64,000 bases of DNA from Escherichia coli (GTDB lineage Bacteria > Pseudomonadota > Gammaproteobacteria > Enterobacterales > Enterobacteriaceae), in assembly GCF_024502345.1 (NCBI RefSeq), contig NZ_JALDNN010000001.1, one strand, 5' to 3'. The notes under the pieces were generated by a model. The model was not told the DNA's origin. It worked only from the letters and a program-made list of their open reading frames with translations, and ran no database searches. Positions 53,436 through 63,803 of this stretch are shown piece after piece (position 1 is the first letter of the stretch; each line of letters starts with the position of its first letter). The position numbers were made by a program, and so were the translations under genes.

Positions 53436-55142
53436 TTAATCTTGCGCTGCATCGTCATCGGCAGACGCATCGTCAGTTAGGTTTGCCACGTTTAACGAAT
53501 AATCGTCCTGACCAAATTGGCACTTGTCTAAAATGGCTTTTGGCAGTTTTTTCAAGGTTAAATTGGTAAAACGACCTGGCTCGCAGCGAAATGCACCACA
53601 CATAACCAGTAAAGTTCGGTCACTGCCAACTTCTTCTGACAGCGCTTCTAATTTATCTACCGATAAGCTTTGTGTGGTGACATAAATATGATCCGTCTCG
53701 GTTGAATAACCGTGATCCCACCAATTCACTTCCGATGGCGCATAGGTAAAACCTTCCAGCTTACAAACGGCTTCGGCGAGCATTTCTGGGTTGTACTCTT
53801 TATTGATCACTTCCAAGCCAAACTTATCTTTCACAATTAAGGTCGGGGCAAGTTTGTAATAGCGGAAGCCACCGCCACCTTGCCAGTTTACAGACTTAGA
53901 AATACCACCTTGATCTTCGCCATCAATCACTTTTTGCAAGCGCGGGATAATATGGGTATGACAATGATCACCTAGCTCGACCGAGATCCAACGTCTTTTC
54001 ATCTTGTGAGCTACAGCAGCAGTAGTTCCCGAACCACCGAATGAATCAAAGACTAAATCGCCTTCTCGCGTACACATTTCGAAAATCCGCTTCAAAAGCG
54101 CTTCGGGTTTTTTTCCATTTTTGAAACTAACGCCGCCTTCATTTGCTATTCCATTCCAACTAATGTCAGTCCAAACATCAGTTATTAGTTCAGCAGGTTG
54201 CATCTCACCGTCAATTTCCAAAAGCCTATTGGAGTAAAAGACCATTTGCCTACCATTTGCGATATAAAAGCCTTCGACATCCTCATTTGGATGTACATAA
54301 ACCTTATCCCTATCTTTCTTTGACTTCTCGATAGTTTCTTTTCTCTTTATTTTAGCACCACCACCAATTGCAACGGATTGAAATACACGTTCTGCATTAT
54401 CAATTGCGAATTGTGCTAATTCATCATCAAATGTATCAGGCAGTTTTTTCTTGGCTTCTTTTGTATCTTTATAGCCATTGGCCTTTGCAAACGCATCGGC
54501 AATACCGCACCACGTCCAACTTTTATAATGGTCATCTGGGTTTAATAGATATTTGTTATATCCCGTATCATATCCTTTAGGTATATAGATTTTGTTAAGC
54601 GGTTTCTGGGTGCGATCTTTTGCGTATACAAGCAAAAAGTTTACTGTGGAGAAAACTGTGGCCCCTGTTGCCTTAAAGCCTGAAGGGTCATTTGTGGTCA
54701 TCGATATGGTATTTAACTGATTTGCACGACCAAAAATCTCGTCCATCAAAACTTTTAAATAAGCCATTTCGCAGTCATCTAAGTGAACGAATATTACTCC
54801 ATCATCACTTAGTAGATTACGAATTATTTCTAACCTATCCCTCATTAAGCCCAGCCAAATGGAATGCTCCAGACCATCATCATAGTGCTCAAAAGCACTT
54901 CCGGTATTGAATGGTGGGTCTATGTAAACACACTTCACTTTGCCTGCATATTCTTGCTCTAGCGCCTTCAATGCCAATAAGTTATCGCCAAAAATCAGTT
55001 TATTATCAAAAATATCGTTTTCGGTCACTTTTTGGCTGGCGTGATAAGACTTGCTCGGGTCTTCTAACAAAATGCGCGGCTCTAACTTTTTGCGCTCGTT
55101 TTTGCCTATCCAGGTCAGTTCTAATTTGGTTTTGCTCATCAT
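53436..55142 (-). CDS. type III-like Mod DNA methyltransferase (beta-class N6-adenine/N4-cytosine)
   Basis: 568 aa; motif IV DPPFNTG near the N-terminus and motif I FDSFGGSGTT about 290 aa later (order IV-TRD-I). Confidence 0.8.
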   Translation of the reverse strand: MMSKTKLELTWIGKNERKKLEPRILLEDPSKSYHASQKVTENDIFDNKLIFGDNLLALKALEQEYAGKVKCVYIDPPFNTGSAFEHYDDGLEHSIWLGLMRDRLEIIRNLLSDDGVIFVHLDDCEMAYLKVLMDEIFGRANQLNTISMTTNDPSGFKATGATVFSTVNFLLVYAKDRTQKPLNKIYIPKGYDTGYNKYLLNPDDHYKSWTWCGIADAFAKANGYKDTKEAKKKLPDTFDDELAQFAIDNAERVFQSVAIGGGAKIKRKETIEKSKKDRDKVYVHPNEDVEGFYIANGRQMVFYSNRLLEIDGEMQPAELITDVWTDISWNGIANEGGVSFKNGKKPEALLKRIFEMCTREGDLVFDSFGGSGTTAAVAHKMKRRWISVELGDHCHTHIIPRLQKVIDGEDQGGISKSVNWQGGGGFRYYKLAPTLIVKDKFGLEVINKEYNPEMLAEAVCKLEGFTYAPSEVNWWDHGYSTETDHIYVTTQSLSVDKLEALSEEVGSDRTLLVMCGAFRCEPGRFTNLTLKKLPKAILDKCQFGQDDYSLNVANLTDDASADDDAAQD

Positions 55143-55196
55143 TTCTGTGCTCTTATCTTGTGTTCGTTACTTAGCGTTATTATTCTACAGCAATCG

Positions 55197-57062
55197 CTAC
55201 GCAGGTTGTGCTTGGCGATTACTCGCTTGGGTGTTTTGCCCTTGTCGGCGTTGCGCTTGCTCGGCTAAGTAACTGAATAAATTCTGGTTGTGTGGGTCGT
55301 TCGCTTGAAGGCGTTCTTGTTTTGCTACAACTGCCGGGCTTTCTGCCAAGTTTAAATGGCTAATCCACACCGTTTGCATTAAACGTGCGGTATCGCCCAA
55401 GCGTTTGAAGTATGCGTGCGGCGCACTGCCTAATACTAATGCCGTAAAACTATCAAAAAATTGCTGACGAAGTTCATCAAAAGCGTGGCTGATTAATCTT
55501 TTAAATGCCGCTTGCTCGGTAATCTCAGGAGCCGTAATAGCGCCTTCAAACTGCGCCATTAATAGCGTGGTTATGCAGTAAGTAAAATGTCGATATACCA
55601 GTTTTTCTGGGCTTGGACTACTGCGCTCTGCGTTTGTACATAAGACTTGAATAGCCAGATAGCAGTTCACCGCGTTAATGGCGACGGCCCCCTGTAAATC
55701 TGTACTAAAAACGGCTTGGTACTCGGCACTTTCTTGGTTAGTGAATTTGCTTGGCTCTACTTTTAGCTGATAAGGCACGCGTACATCACCGTGCATACAG
55801 GCCAATGCTTTGGCCAAGGTGTCGATAGTAATGCTGCGAATACCCGCTGCTGCGCTTTGTTGTGGGCGGTAGAGATATTCAACACCAAACATTTTCATCT
55901 CTTGGCGCAAGCGTTCTTGGGTATCATCCAGCGCGGCAAAGTTGGCTAAATCGACCGGGTTTTGCAGGTTACGCGCTTTGGTTACTTGTTTGTGAAATGC
56001 ATCGTTACCCGTGTTGATAATGGTTACCATCACTTGAGCTTGGCTGATGTCTGCATTTGGGTTTTCACGCATAAACTGTGCAGCACTAGCAATGGTTTGT
56101 GCACCGTTAACGACGGACAGGCCATCGACTGCAACATGCTTGCTACCTGTGTGGCCTCTAATATTCCCTTTTGGTTTTACTGCATTGCCAACCAGAGTAA
56201 TGCCATTGTTAAGATAAATAAAATTTTCCGGCTCATGTAAAAGGGTGTCTTTAATCGCCCTATTTACCCCACGTCTGCCAGCACCAATAAAATAGCGAAT
56301 ATTTTTCTCGTAAAGTTTACGGTCATGAGTAGTGTGCAAGGCAATTAAATCGGTTAGCTTGGCGATACCAAATACGACTTTTCGTGGTTGTTCTTGCACT
56401 CGGAACTTATATACAGCGACACGCTCGTTTACCGTATCAACCGCATGTTCACTGCGAAGAGCCTGCTCAACATCGGTGGCGGTGTATTCTTGATATTCAG
56501 GTGCGATTTGCTCTTCACCTTCATCAATCAGCTCTTGGATCGCTGGTTGTAGGTAGTTTTGTGCTTGTATGGTAATGCCATTACCTGTGTATGCGACAAG
56601 CAGTTGAATTCTTTCGCACTCGTCTAATGCGGCTTCAATATTTGCTTGAAGGTTTTGAACATTTTGATTAAAGCGGTGAAATTGCTTGTTTAAAAGTAAC
56701 TTTACACCCTCAATAAAAGCCTGTGCTTCGCCCAATTGGAATTGCGCATCTTCCTTCATTTTTGACTGTACTAAGTACAGAGTCTGATCAGCTTCGTGAT
56801 AATAAATTGCATCAATACCATGGTCTTCATAGTCGTCCACCACAGCTTTTGCTGCGGTCACTACGTCTAAATCGAATTTTTGCTGTAGTACGAATGCGCT
56901 AAAAGCCCTGGAAATTTGCTTTTTAGGTTTATCTTCTCGCCCACCTTGCCCAAGCAATGGCGGTAAATGCGGCACAAAACGCTGCTGTAGCAGTTCTTTT
57001 AATAGGGTAAGAAATTGTGGTTGTAATGCTGCCAAGTGAGTTGTCCTTATTTTTATTGCCAA
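55197..57062 (-). CDS. AIPR-like putative abortive-infection protein (tentative) with N-terminal PD-(D/E)xK-like motif
   Basis: 621 aa; N-terminal ...[22 protein letters not shown]... resembles a nuclease core; family assignment from memory only; start overlaps the upstream Abi_2 gene by about 10 nt. Confidence 0.35.
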   Translation of the reverse strand: MAIKIRTTHLAALQPQFLTLLKELLQQRFVPHLPPLLGQGGREDKPKKQISRAFSAFVLQQKFDLDVVTAAKAVVDDYEDHGIDAIYYHEADQTLYLVQSKMKEDAQFQLGEAQAFIEGVKLLLNKQFHRFNQNVQNLQANIEAALDECERIQLLVAYTGNGITIQAQNYLQPAIQELIDEGEEQIAPEYQEYTATDVEQALRSEHAVDTVNERVAVYKFRVQEQPRKVVFGIAKLTDLIALHTTHDRKLYEKNIRYFIGAGRRGVNRAIKDTLLHEPENFIYLNNGITLVGNAVKPKGNIRGHTGSKHVAVDGLSVVNGAQTIASAAQFMRENPNADISQAQVMVTIINTGNDAFHKQVTKARNLQNPVDLANFAALDDTQERLRQEMKMFGVEYLYRPQQSAAAGIRSITIDTLAKALACMHGDVRVPYQLKVEPSKFTNQESAEYQAVFSTDLQGAVAINAVNCYLAIQVLCTNAERSSPSPEKLVYRHFTYCITTLLMAQFEGAITAPEITEQAAFKRLISHAFDELRQQFFDSFTALVLGSAPHAYFKRLGDTARLMQTVWISHLNLAESPAVVAKQERLQANDPHNQNLFSYLAEQAQRRQGQNTQASNRQAQPA

Positions 57063-57994
57063 ATTGGCCGCGCTTGCCAGTCGGCTGGAAAGCCCATGCG
57101 GTCAATGTCTATTTGGTGATGATTTATCAATTGGATGAGTCGTTGCTTCCAGTGATGTTCACCACTGATCACATCCATGAGGTAGCCCAACATCACCAAG
57201 GTGTTATAAATTTTTCGTAAACGCCGGTCGCTATCGGGCAGGTTTTGCAAGCTTTGAATCAGTGCCGGTTCACCATGGCGTGGCAGTACCGTGGTTTTAA
57301 TAAAATCACGGTTCCATAGCCTAGAATGATGGGCACTTAAATTGCGCACTAGCGACAAATGCTCACAGAATGAGGTAAGAGTTTTTTCATCTAGGCCGTA
57401 GCTTTTGCTTATTACCTGGCGGTCGGCACGCAGCTTGATATTGCTGTACCAACAGGAAAGTTGCCCCATGGTTAACAGCTCAACACAGGCCCAAATAGGG
57501 GGTAGTGGCTCTTGATATTTTTGCGTAAGGTGCTTGATGAACTCTTCACGACTGCACTTTACCTCACCCGTGAGTTTGCCAAGGCTACTGGCGTATTCTA
57601 ATAAATCACCAAAGAGCTCTGGTTTTAAATGAGGGTGCGCGGTTTGGTATTTTTGGCTCAACTGATACGCAATTTGTGTGCGTAATGACACCTCAAAACG
57701 CTCGATGGCATCTAGCACTAACAAACGTAGTTCACGGTCGAAAACATATAGGCTTAGGACTTGGTCAAACTGAGTACCTGTGATAAACGTATGACTGGCA
57801 TGATCTTGCTCATAGGGCAAACAATAAGCCGCAAAACGATAGTAGTTCAGCTGTGCTAAGTAAAACTCAGCTTTCGGGACATCACTGATCACTAGGCCAC
57901 GTTGTTGCAACAAGCGTACTTGATCGCTAAAGCTTGTAGGGGGCTTGGTAAAAGCGACTTTAGGGACTGGTTTGCGGCTCATTTGACCTCCCAT
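57053..57994 (-). CDS. Abi_2 family (AbiD/AbiF-like) abortive infection protein
   Basis: 313 aa; ...FGDLLEY... and ...[19 protein letters not shown]... match the hallmark Abi-like motifs as I recall them. Confidence 0.65.
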   Translation of the reverse strand: MGGQMSRKPVPKVAFTKPPTSFSDQVRLLQQRGLVISDVPKAEFYLAQLNYYRFAAYCLPYEQDHASHTFITGTQFDQVLSLYVFDRELRLLVLDAIERFEVSLRTQIAYQLSQKYQTAHPHLKPELFGDLLEYASSLGKLTGEVKCSREEFIKHLTQKYQEPLPPIWACVELLTMGQLSCWYSNIKLRADRQVISKSYGLDEKTLTSFCEHLSLVRNLSAHHSRLWNRDFIKTTVLPRHGEPALIQSLQNLPDSDRRLRKIYNTLVMLGYLMDVISGEHHWKQRLIQLINHHQIDIDRMGFPADWQARPIWQ

Positions 57995-58139
57995 GCAACA
58001 GAAGATCGAATTTTGCGGGCCCCAGAAACGAGTAACCCCTCACAGGGCGCTGATCTGACGGGTAGCGGGAGGGGTGTTGTTGCAGTGATCATAGCCCCAA
58101 ACTGAAAAAAGTCAATGCTGGCGTTGAAATTGATTGTCA

Positions 58140-61034
58140 TCATTGAACCGTCCACCCAATGGTAAATAGGGTCTCTTGGCTGGTTTTTTTATTCAGTTTG
58201 CCTTCTAAGCTTTCAATCAGCTGTTCGCGCTTTTCGTCCACTTCATCTTGTTTATCAAACAGTTCACGGCGGCTTTTATTGCGCTGACTTTCTAACTGGC
58301 GCTGCTGTTTTTGCAGGGCAAGTTTCTCTTCCAGGGTTGGAGCTATTTTGGCTTCGCGGCGTACTTGCTTGATTTGCTTATCAAGCTCTTTTATAGATTG
58401 TTCAAGCCCTTCTTTTAAATCGTCTGCCCAAGAATCTAACTTGTTTACCTCTTGCTCGAAGAAGCTGAGATTACGATCGTTAACTTGCTTTTCGATGCCT
58501 AGTCTCGACTGCTGTAACGCATGCTGCAGCGCATATTGATAGCCAGGATATAAGGCGGCAAGTTCTTGCTCACTTACTTCACTTTGCACACAGGCACTAA
58601 GCTGCATCAGCTTTTGCACGACTTCACTTGGTAGCGGATGACCATGTTCATCTTGCGCGGCGAACAATAAATGGTCTTCGCTACGCTCCAATGATTCGAC
58701 ACTAAATTTTTGTAGGCTTAGTACACCTGACAAACCCACTAAGGGTTCTAGCATACTGATTTTTGTTTGGTGGTTGCTGTAATCAAAAATTACGCTGGCA
58801 ATGGGTAATTCACGTTGAAGCGCGTTGCTGATCACCCATTCACCCAGCGGGTGGGTGATACGATACACATGGGCATTGGCTAGTTTACCGGTTTCAATAC
58901 TGCCGCTTTGCTGTCCTCGGCGTACAAGTTGGTAGCTACCTGTAGGAGCCTGATTGATACTTTGATTAAGCGTAAAACTATGGTTGCTTGGGTCAATGTC
59001 TGCGATAGCTGCAAGTTCATGCGTACTGAGTTGCCAGAACCAACGGCCTACTTTATCGAGGCGTTGCTGCGCGGCATCTAGCTGAATTTTGAGTAAGTCG
59101 TGAATATCTTCATCGAAATTTTCCAGCAGCAGTTGCTGGGTCTCGCGCATTTTTTGGTTGATGTCGGCTTCTAGCTCTTTTTGCAATTGATCAAAAGCTG
59201 CTTCTATTTCCGCCGGTTGCCGACAAGTCTCGTATATATTTTGGATGCGTTTTTCAAAATCAATACCAGATTCAATGCTGCCTAGCACATCGTCCGATGC
59301 ACCAAACACGCCATCGAACAGATGGAATTTTTCAGTCAGTAACTCTAAAACACGCTGATCGGCTTTGTTGGCTTCGTTGAGGAAGTTGATCACCACAACA
59401 TCAAATTGCTGCCCATAGCGGTGACAACGGCCAATACGTTGCTCTACTCGTTGTGGGTTCCATGGTAAGTCATAGTTAATAAGTAACGAACAGAACTGTA
59501 AGTTAACCCCTTCTGCAGCCGCTTCGGTTGCGATCATAACTTCGGCATGATGGCGGAAGTAATCAATTAGGGCAGTACGGCGGTCAATTTGCGGTGAACC
59601 ACTCACCTTATCACTACCTTGGTTTTCAGCTAACCACTGCTGATAAACTTTGGTTGCTTCTGGATGGTTATTGCTGCCACTAAAGGTGACTAATTTATCA
59701 GCAAAGCCATTCGCCTCGAGGAAACGAGCTAGGTATTCTTGCGTGCGCTTCGATTCGGTAAAAATAATGACTTTACGTGGCGCCCCCATTTCCTCCATTT
59801 TGGCAAACCCTTGATTAAGCGCCGTTAGCAAGGCTTGGGTTTTACTGTCGGTGGTAATGGATTTAGCCTGCTCGATATAATGCTCAAGCTCGGCTATTTC
59901 AGCATTGAGTAACTCAAAGTCAATATCACTCTCAGGGGTATTGCTTTGTGTTTCTTCTACATACTCGCTGTACTCTTCTCCTAAATCATCACTCTCAACA
60001 AGCTCACTGATAATATCGAGGTCCGATTTAGCCTGTACTTTCAAGTCAACCAATCGGCGCTTTATAGTTTCGAGTGTGTTGAGCACTGCGTGCGAACTAG
60101 ATGCTAATAGCTTTCTCAGTATAAGGCCGGTTAAATGACGTTGGCTCTTGGGTAGTGCATAGCTCTCGTCCTTTTCCAATAAGGCACTAATACTTTCGTA
60201 AAGTGCCATCTCAGCATTAGAGGGTGTAAACGGTACGGTGAGTGTTTGACGTTGGGTATAGCGGACGTATTCGAGTACATCTTTGCGCAAGGTACGCTGA
60301 ATAAACCCGGTAAGTCGTTTCTTTAAATGCCCTAGCGCACTTTCGTTATTGACAAAGTGTTGTTTGAAGCTTCGCTCATCGCCGAAGATTTGATCGTCGA
60401 TAATGGTTGAAAGTCCATACAATTCCATGAGCGAGTTTTGTAAGGGTGTTGCAGTAAGTAATAGCTTTTTACTGCCATCTAATGCGCGGCGTAGCGTTTG
60501 ACCCATTTTATTGCTGCTACGATGTGCATTACGTAGCTTGTGCGCTTCGTCGATGACGACAATATCCCATGGCTCTAGCATTAGCTGCGTTTCCATTCTC
60601 GCAGCATAGTGATAGGACATAATAGAAACGCAGTGATTAGCTAGCGGGTTAGTTTGACCATTGTTAACACTAATGCGCCACGTTTTTGCATCAAGCACTT
60701 GCGTTGGTAAATTAAACTTATCGCCCAATTCCTGCGCCCACTGGCGTCGCAATGACGCCGGGCAGATGATCAATATGCGGCGTTTACGCTCTGCCCAATA
60801 CTGTGACAGTACTAAGCCTGCTTCAATAGTTTTCCCTAAGCCCACTTCATCAGCGAGTACAACACCTTTGCTTAACGGGTTGTTGAGCGCAAAAAGTGCC
60901 GCATGAATTTGGTGCGGATTGAGATCAACACTGGCATCAAAAAGAGATTGAGACAATTTATCAACGCCATTTTCAGCGTGGCGAATGGTTAATTCCTGCG
61001 CAAAGTATTTTGCTTGATAATCAGTTATTACCAT
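58140..61034 (-). CDS. SNF2-family (SWI2/SNF2) DEAD/DEAH-box helicase with long coiled-coil C-terminal extension
   Basis: ORF 58140..61115 trimmed to the ATG at 61034 that overlaps the stop of the upstream HTH gene (ATGGTAATAACTGA); motifs LADEVGLGKTIEAG, IVVIDEAHKLRN, helicase C motif ...QRIGRCHRYGQ.... Confidence 0.85.
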   Translation of the reverse strand: MVITDYQAKYFAQELTIRHAENGVDKLSQSLFDASVDLNPHQIHAALFALNNPLSKGVVLADEVGLGKTIEAGLVLSQYWAERKRRILIICPASLRRQWAQELGDKFNLPTQVLDAKTWRISVNNGQTNPLANHCVSIMSYHYAARMETQLMLEPWDIVVIDEAHKLRNAHRSSNKMGQTLRRALDGSKKLLLTATPLQNSLMELYGLSTIIDDQIFGDERSFKQHFVNNESALGHLKKRLTGFIQRTLRKDVLEYVRYTQRQTLTVPFTPSNAEMALYESISALLEKDESYALPKSQRHLTGLILRKLLASSSHAVLNTLETIKRRLVDLKVQAKSDLDIISELVESDDLGEEYSEYVEETQSNTPESDIDFELLNAEIAELEHYIEQAKSITTDSKTQALLTALNQGFAKMEEMGAPRKVIIFTESKRTQEYLARFLEANGFADKLVTFSGSNNHPEATKVYQQWLAENQGSDKVSGSPQIDRRTALIDYFRHHAEVMIATEAAAEGVNLQFCSLLINYDLPWNPQRVEQRIGRCHRYGQQFDVVVINFLNEANKADQRVLELLTEKFHLFDGVFGASDDVLGSIESGIDFEKRIQNIYETCRQPAEIEAAFDQLQKELEADINQKMRETQQLLLENFDEDIHDLLKIQLDAAQQRLDKVGRWFWQLSTHELAAIADIDPSNHSFTLNQSINQAPTGSYQLVRRGQQSGSIETGKLANAHVYRITHPLGEWVISNALQRELPIASVIFDYSNHQTKISMLEPLVGLSGVLSLQKFSVESLERSEDHLLFAAQDEHGHPLPSEVVQKLMQLSACVQSEVSEQELAALYPGYQYALQHALQQSRLGIEKQVNDRNLSFFEQEVNKLDSWADDLKEGLEQSIKELDKQIKQVRREAKIAPTLEEKLALQKQQRQLESQRNKSRRELFDKQDEVDEKREQLIESLEGKLNKKTSQETLFTIGWTVQ

Positions 61035-61227
61035 CCAACACCCCTTTTCCTTGAGCTGCTTGCGTACTGATCCATTCTTCAAGATCGGATTGTTTAAAGC
61101 GCCAAGCATTGCCAACTTTAAAAGCAGGAATTTTATGTACCGCTGCTAGACGGTAAACAGTTCTCTCATTTACCTTCAAATACTCAGCTACTTCTTTAAT
61201 TGTCAGAACGGTATCAGTCATTTTCAC
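61021..61227 (-). CDS. small excisionase/MerR-like HTH DNA-binding protein, first gene of the operon
   Basis: 68 aa; ...LTIKEVAEYLKVNERTVYRLAAVHKIPAFKVGNAWRFKQSDLEEWI.... Confidence 0.6.
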   Translation of the reverse strand: MKMTDTVLTIKEVAEYLKVNERTVYRLAAVHKIPAFKVGNAWRFKQSDLEEWISTQAAQGKGVLDGNN

Positions 61228-61433
61228 TCGGCCACTTTGAAAAGTGCGTCAATTATCTAATGCGAGTGTCAAAATAGTACAAATAAGTACATGAATCAAT
61301 CTTATTCGGCACTTGCCGGAGCTCCTTGGCTTTAATCCTCATCAATTTTAGGTACAGTTTTCAGGCTCGGGGATAAAGTATAAAGAATGTCGTACTGCCG
61401 CTGCCAGAGCAATATTCCCCCCTGCTGGTTGTA

Positions 61434-62093
61434 TCAGAGATGGTATGCCGGTATTTTGCGGGTTGTTCCCGTCAGGTTATCGTGCACCTCCACGGTCGTC
61501 GTTACCACCGGCATTCCGGCCTTTCTCAGCCTCAGGACATCAGCCGCAATACGCTGACTGCCAAACCAGAACAGGCCGTCCAGTGCAGTCACCAGTAAAC
61601 CTGCCTCCAGCGCATACTTCAGCCGTTCACGGGGCGCTTTCACTTCCCTGGCAACCTGCTGATATGGCGATGATGTGCTTTCATTCCCAACCACGCGACG
61701 AATACGGTGAGACAGATGATACCGGTATATATCCGGCACACCAGAAAGACTGGCCTTCAGGCTGTACACGCAGCCAAACCGTTTATCGTTGAACACCACA
61801 TTTTTCTGGCTGATGCCCCATTCTTCACGCAGCGCGGCAATCAGTTGTGGTGTCCGGGTAAGCAGCAAGCGAAAAGGCAGCTCAAAACTGGTGACGTAAT
61901 CCACATTCAACAATGCAATACGCAGTCGTTCTTCTGGCCCGGCCTCTGTCTGCCGACACTCCTCCAGAACATCCTGCCACTGCCGGCGAAGACGGGGCGA
62001 TTCGTTCCGTTCTGTAAAACAGTATTTATCTGCCAGATAATCAATTCGTGTACGCATACTGAAAAGAATTCCGTATAAAGATTCAGCAGACAA
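61434..62093 (-). CDS. hypothetical protein (219 aa)
   Basis: ORF only. Confidence 0.4.
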   Translation of the reverse strand: MSAESLYGILFSMRTRIDYLADKYCFTERNESPRLRRQWQDVLEECRQTEAGPEERLRIALLNVDYVTSFELPFRLLLTRTPQLIAALREEWGISQKNVVFNDKRFGCVYSLKASLSGVPDIYRYHLSHRIRRVVGNESTSSPYQQVAREVKAPRERLKYALEAGLLVTALDGLFWFGSQRIAADVLRLRKAGMPVVTTTVEVHDNLTGTTRKIPAYHL

Positions 62094-62145
62094 AACTTTA
62101 TCAGTCTGTAAAAATTAACGGAAGAGTCGATATTTCTCCCGGTCA

Positions 62146-62688
62146 TCACCGGATGATTGTTGCAATAACCAGTGGCCTCAGAGACTGAACAGCCGTTTTT
62201 AACGCAACGTATTGCTCTGATGTATCAGGCCGGGTAACCCGAAAACACCTTTCCACCCGACATTGTCCGCCCGTATCCATCCCCCGCCAGGTCTGCTGCA
62301 GTAAATCCACCACTTGCGAACATTGTTCATCAACTGTGACACTGGCTCGCGGGTGACAAATACTCGTCTGGCTGAGCAGCAACAGGCATCGCATTGTTGC
62401 TCCTCCATGTTGTTCCCGCAACCAGCGTAATACCACCGGCGATGATGGACTGGTCGTGTGATTACGCTCAGTAATACGTTCATAAAAGGAAGTACAGAAT
62501 GCATGAATATGTTGCCCGTTGATGTTTCCTTCTGCCGAATGGAGCGTGAAGTGAAATGCCAACAGATGTGGCCAGTGGTCCACCCCCTGCTGAACAAAAC
62601 GCCGGATTTCCCCCGGCGCTGAAAGTAAGGCTTCGGTTATTTGCACTATTTTACCCCTGTGAATTTTGTTAAGCCGGTGCAGACACAC
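62146..62688 (-). CDS. YagK/YfjJ-like hypothetical protein (type A, second copy)
   Basis: Paralog of ORF 40449..41015. Confidence 0.45.
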   Translation of the reverse strand: MCLHRLNKIHRGKIVQITEALLSAPGEIRRFVQQGVDHWPHLLAFHFTLHSAEGNINGQHIHAFCTSFYERITERNHTTSPSSPVVLRWLREQHGGATMRCLLLLSQTSICHPRASVTVDEQCSQVVDLLQQTWRGMDTGGQCRVERCFRVTRPDTSEQYVALKTAVQSLRPLVIATIIR

Positions 62689-62913
62689 GGAAAGCGCACA
62701 TCAACACCAGCACAGTACGATACAAACACCAGTGACTGACGGGACGAAGGAAATGACGAATCAGTCAGGAAATGATGACAAACAGTTGGCTGACCAGAGG
62801 GTGTCAGCAGAAAGATGAGCGGGAGTGTCGCCAGCACCAGGGACAGGGCTGATTTCCGCAATACCAGCGCCGGCATTTTGCACATTGACAGCGTACTGGC
62901 ATTACAACACGTT

Positions 62914-63144
62914 TCATGCTGCTCCTCGTGATTCCTCAATTCGCTGCTGCATCCACTGCTCCACTTCACTTTTGTACCAGCGGCTGCTGCGCCCCAGTTT
63001 GATGGGTTTAGGGAAATGACCTTCACTGATCAGCCTGTAAAACCATTTATCGGTCATGCCGGTGAAACTGGTGATGTAGTTCATGTCGATCAGGGGATCA
63101 TCGGCACGCAGCAATACGCTGTCGTGGCTTGTTGTGGTCAACAT
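62914..63144 (-). CDS. AlpA-like phage regulatory protein (second copy)
   Basis: ORF 62914..63264 trimmed to MLTTTSHDSVLLRADDPLIDMNYITSFTGMTDKWFYRLISEGHFPKPIKLGRSSRWYKSEVEQWMQQR. Confidence 0.6.
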   Translation of the reverse strand: MLTTTSHDSVLLRADDPLIDMNYITSFTGMTDKWFYRLISEGHFPKPIKLGRSSRWYKSEVEQWMQQRIEESRGAA

Positions 63145-63212
63145 GGTCAGAATGTCCTCAGTGAGATTTATGAAGAATGGGGTAATACGGGAAATGGGAT
63201 TGCGTGCTGCTT

Positions 63213-63803
63213 TCAGCACTGCCAACCGGGATTGCCGGCAAGGCAACGGGCTTCCGGATCGCACACTCCACGGCGATCGCGGGCGAAATCACTGAACGCC
63301 CAGATAAGGTCCTTAAACAGGGCTTCGCAGTCCGGTGACCGGCGATCCAGTACCACATCCCGGGTGATCTGCTTCTGGTACAGCTTTGCTTCACCTGGTG
63401 ACGCGAAACCCAGCACATTACTCCAGGCATCCAGTATCAACCGATCCAGTTCGGGGCCGTCGAAATACTCCTGTCTGACGCACAGCACCACGTGGTATTC
63501 CGGCTTTTCCGGATGACGGGTCAGGAGCCAGCAGAGGTCACGCCCGGGCGTTGCATTCATCAGCGCACTGACAGTTTCGATAAAGGCCATACCAAACCAG
63601 GTCTTTCTGCTGCTGAAGGTAGTGTCATATTCACATGGCAGACGAAGCAGGATCCGCCGTACCCGGGAGCCGGACTGCTCACGCAGCGCACGCTCAAGAA
63701 CGCCGATGACTTTGCTCTGATAAGATGGCCAGAAGGGGGCAAGGCTATAGTCGAAATAAGGAATAGCATTCATAAGATATGCTCCGTTATGCGCAGCCCA
63801 CAA
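63213..63803 (-). CDS. YagK/YfjJ-like hypothetical protein (type B, second copy)
   Basis: ...EYHVVLCVRQEYFDG...; related to ORF 42596..43201. Confidence 0.45.
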   Translation of the reverse strand: MWAAHNGAYLMNAIPYFDYSLAPFWPSYQSKVIGVLERALREQSGSRVRRILLRLPCEYDTTFSSRKTWFGMAFIETVSALMNATPGRDLCWLLTRHPEKPEYHVVLCVRQEYFDGPELDRLILDAWSNVLGFASPGEAKLYQKQITRDVVLDRRSPDCEALFKDLIWAFSDFARDRRGVCDPEARCLAGNPGWQC

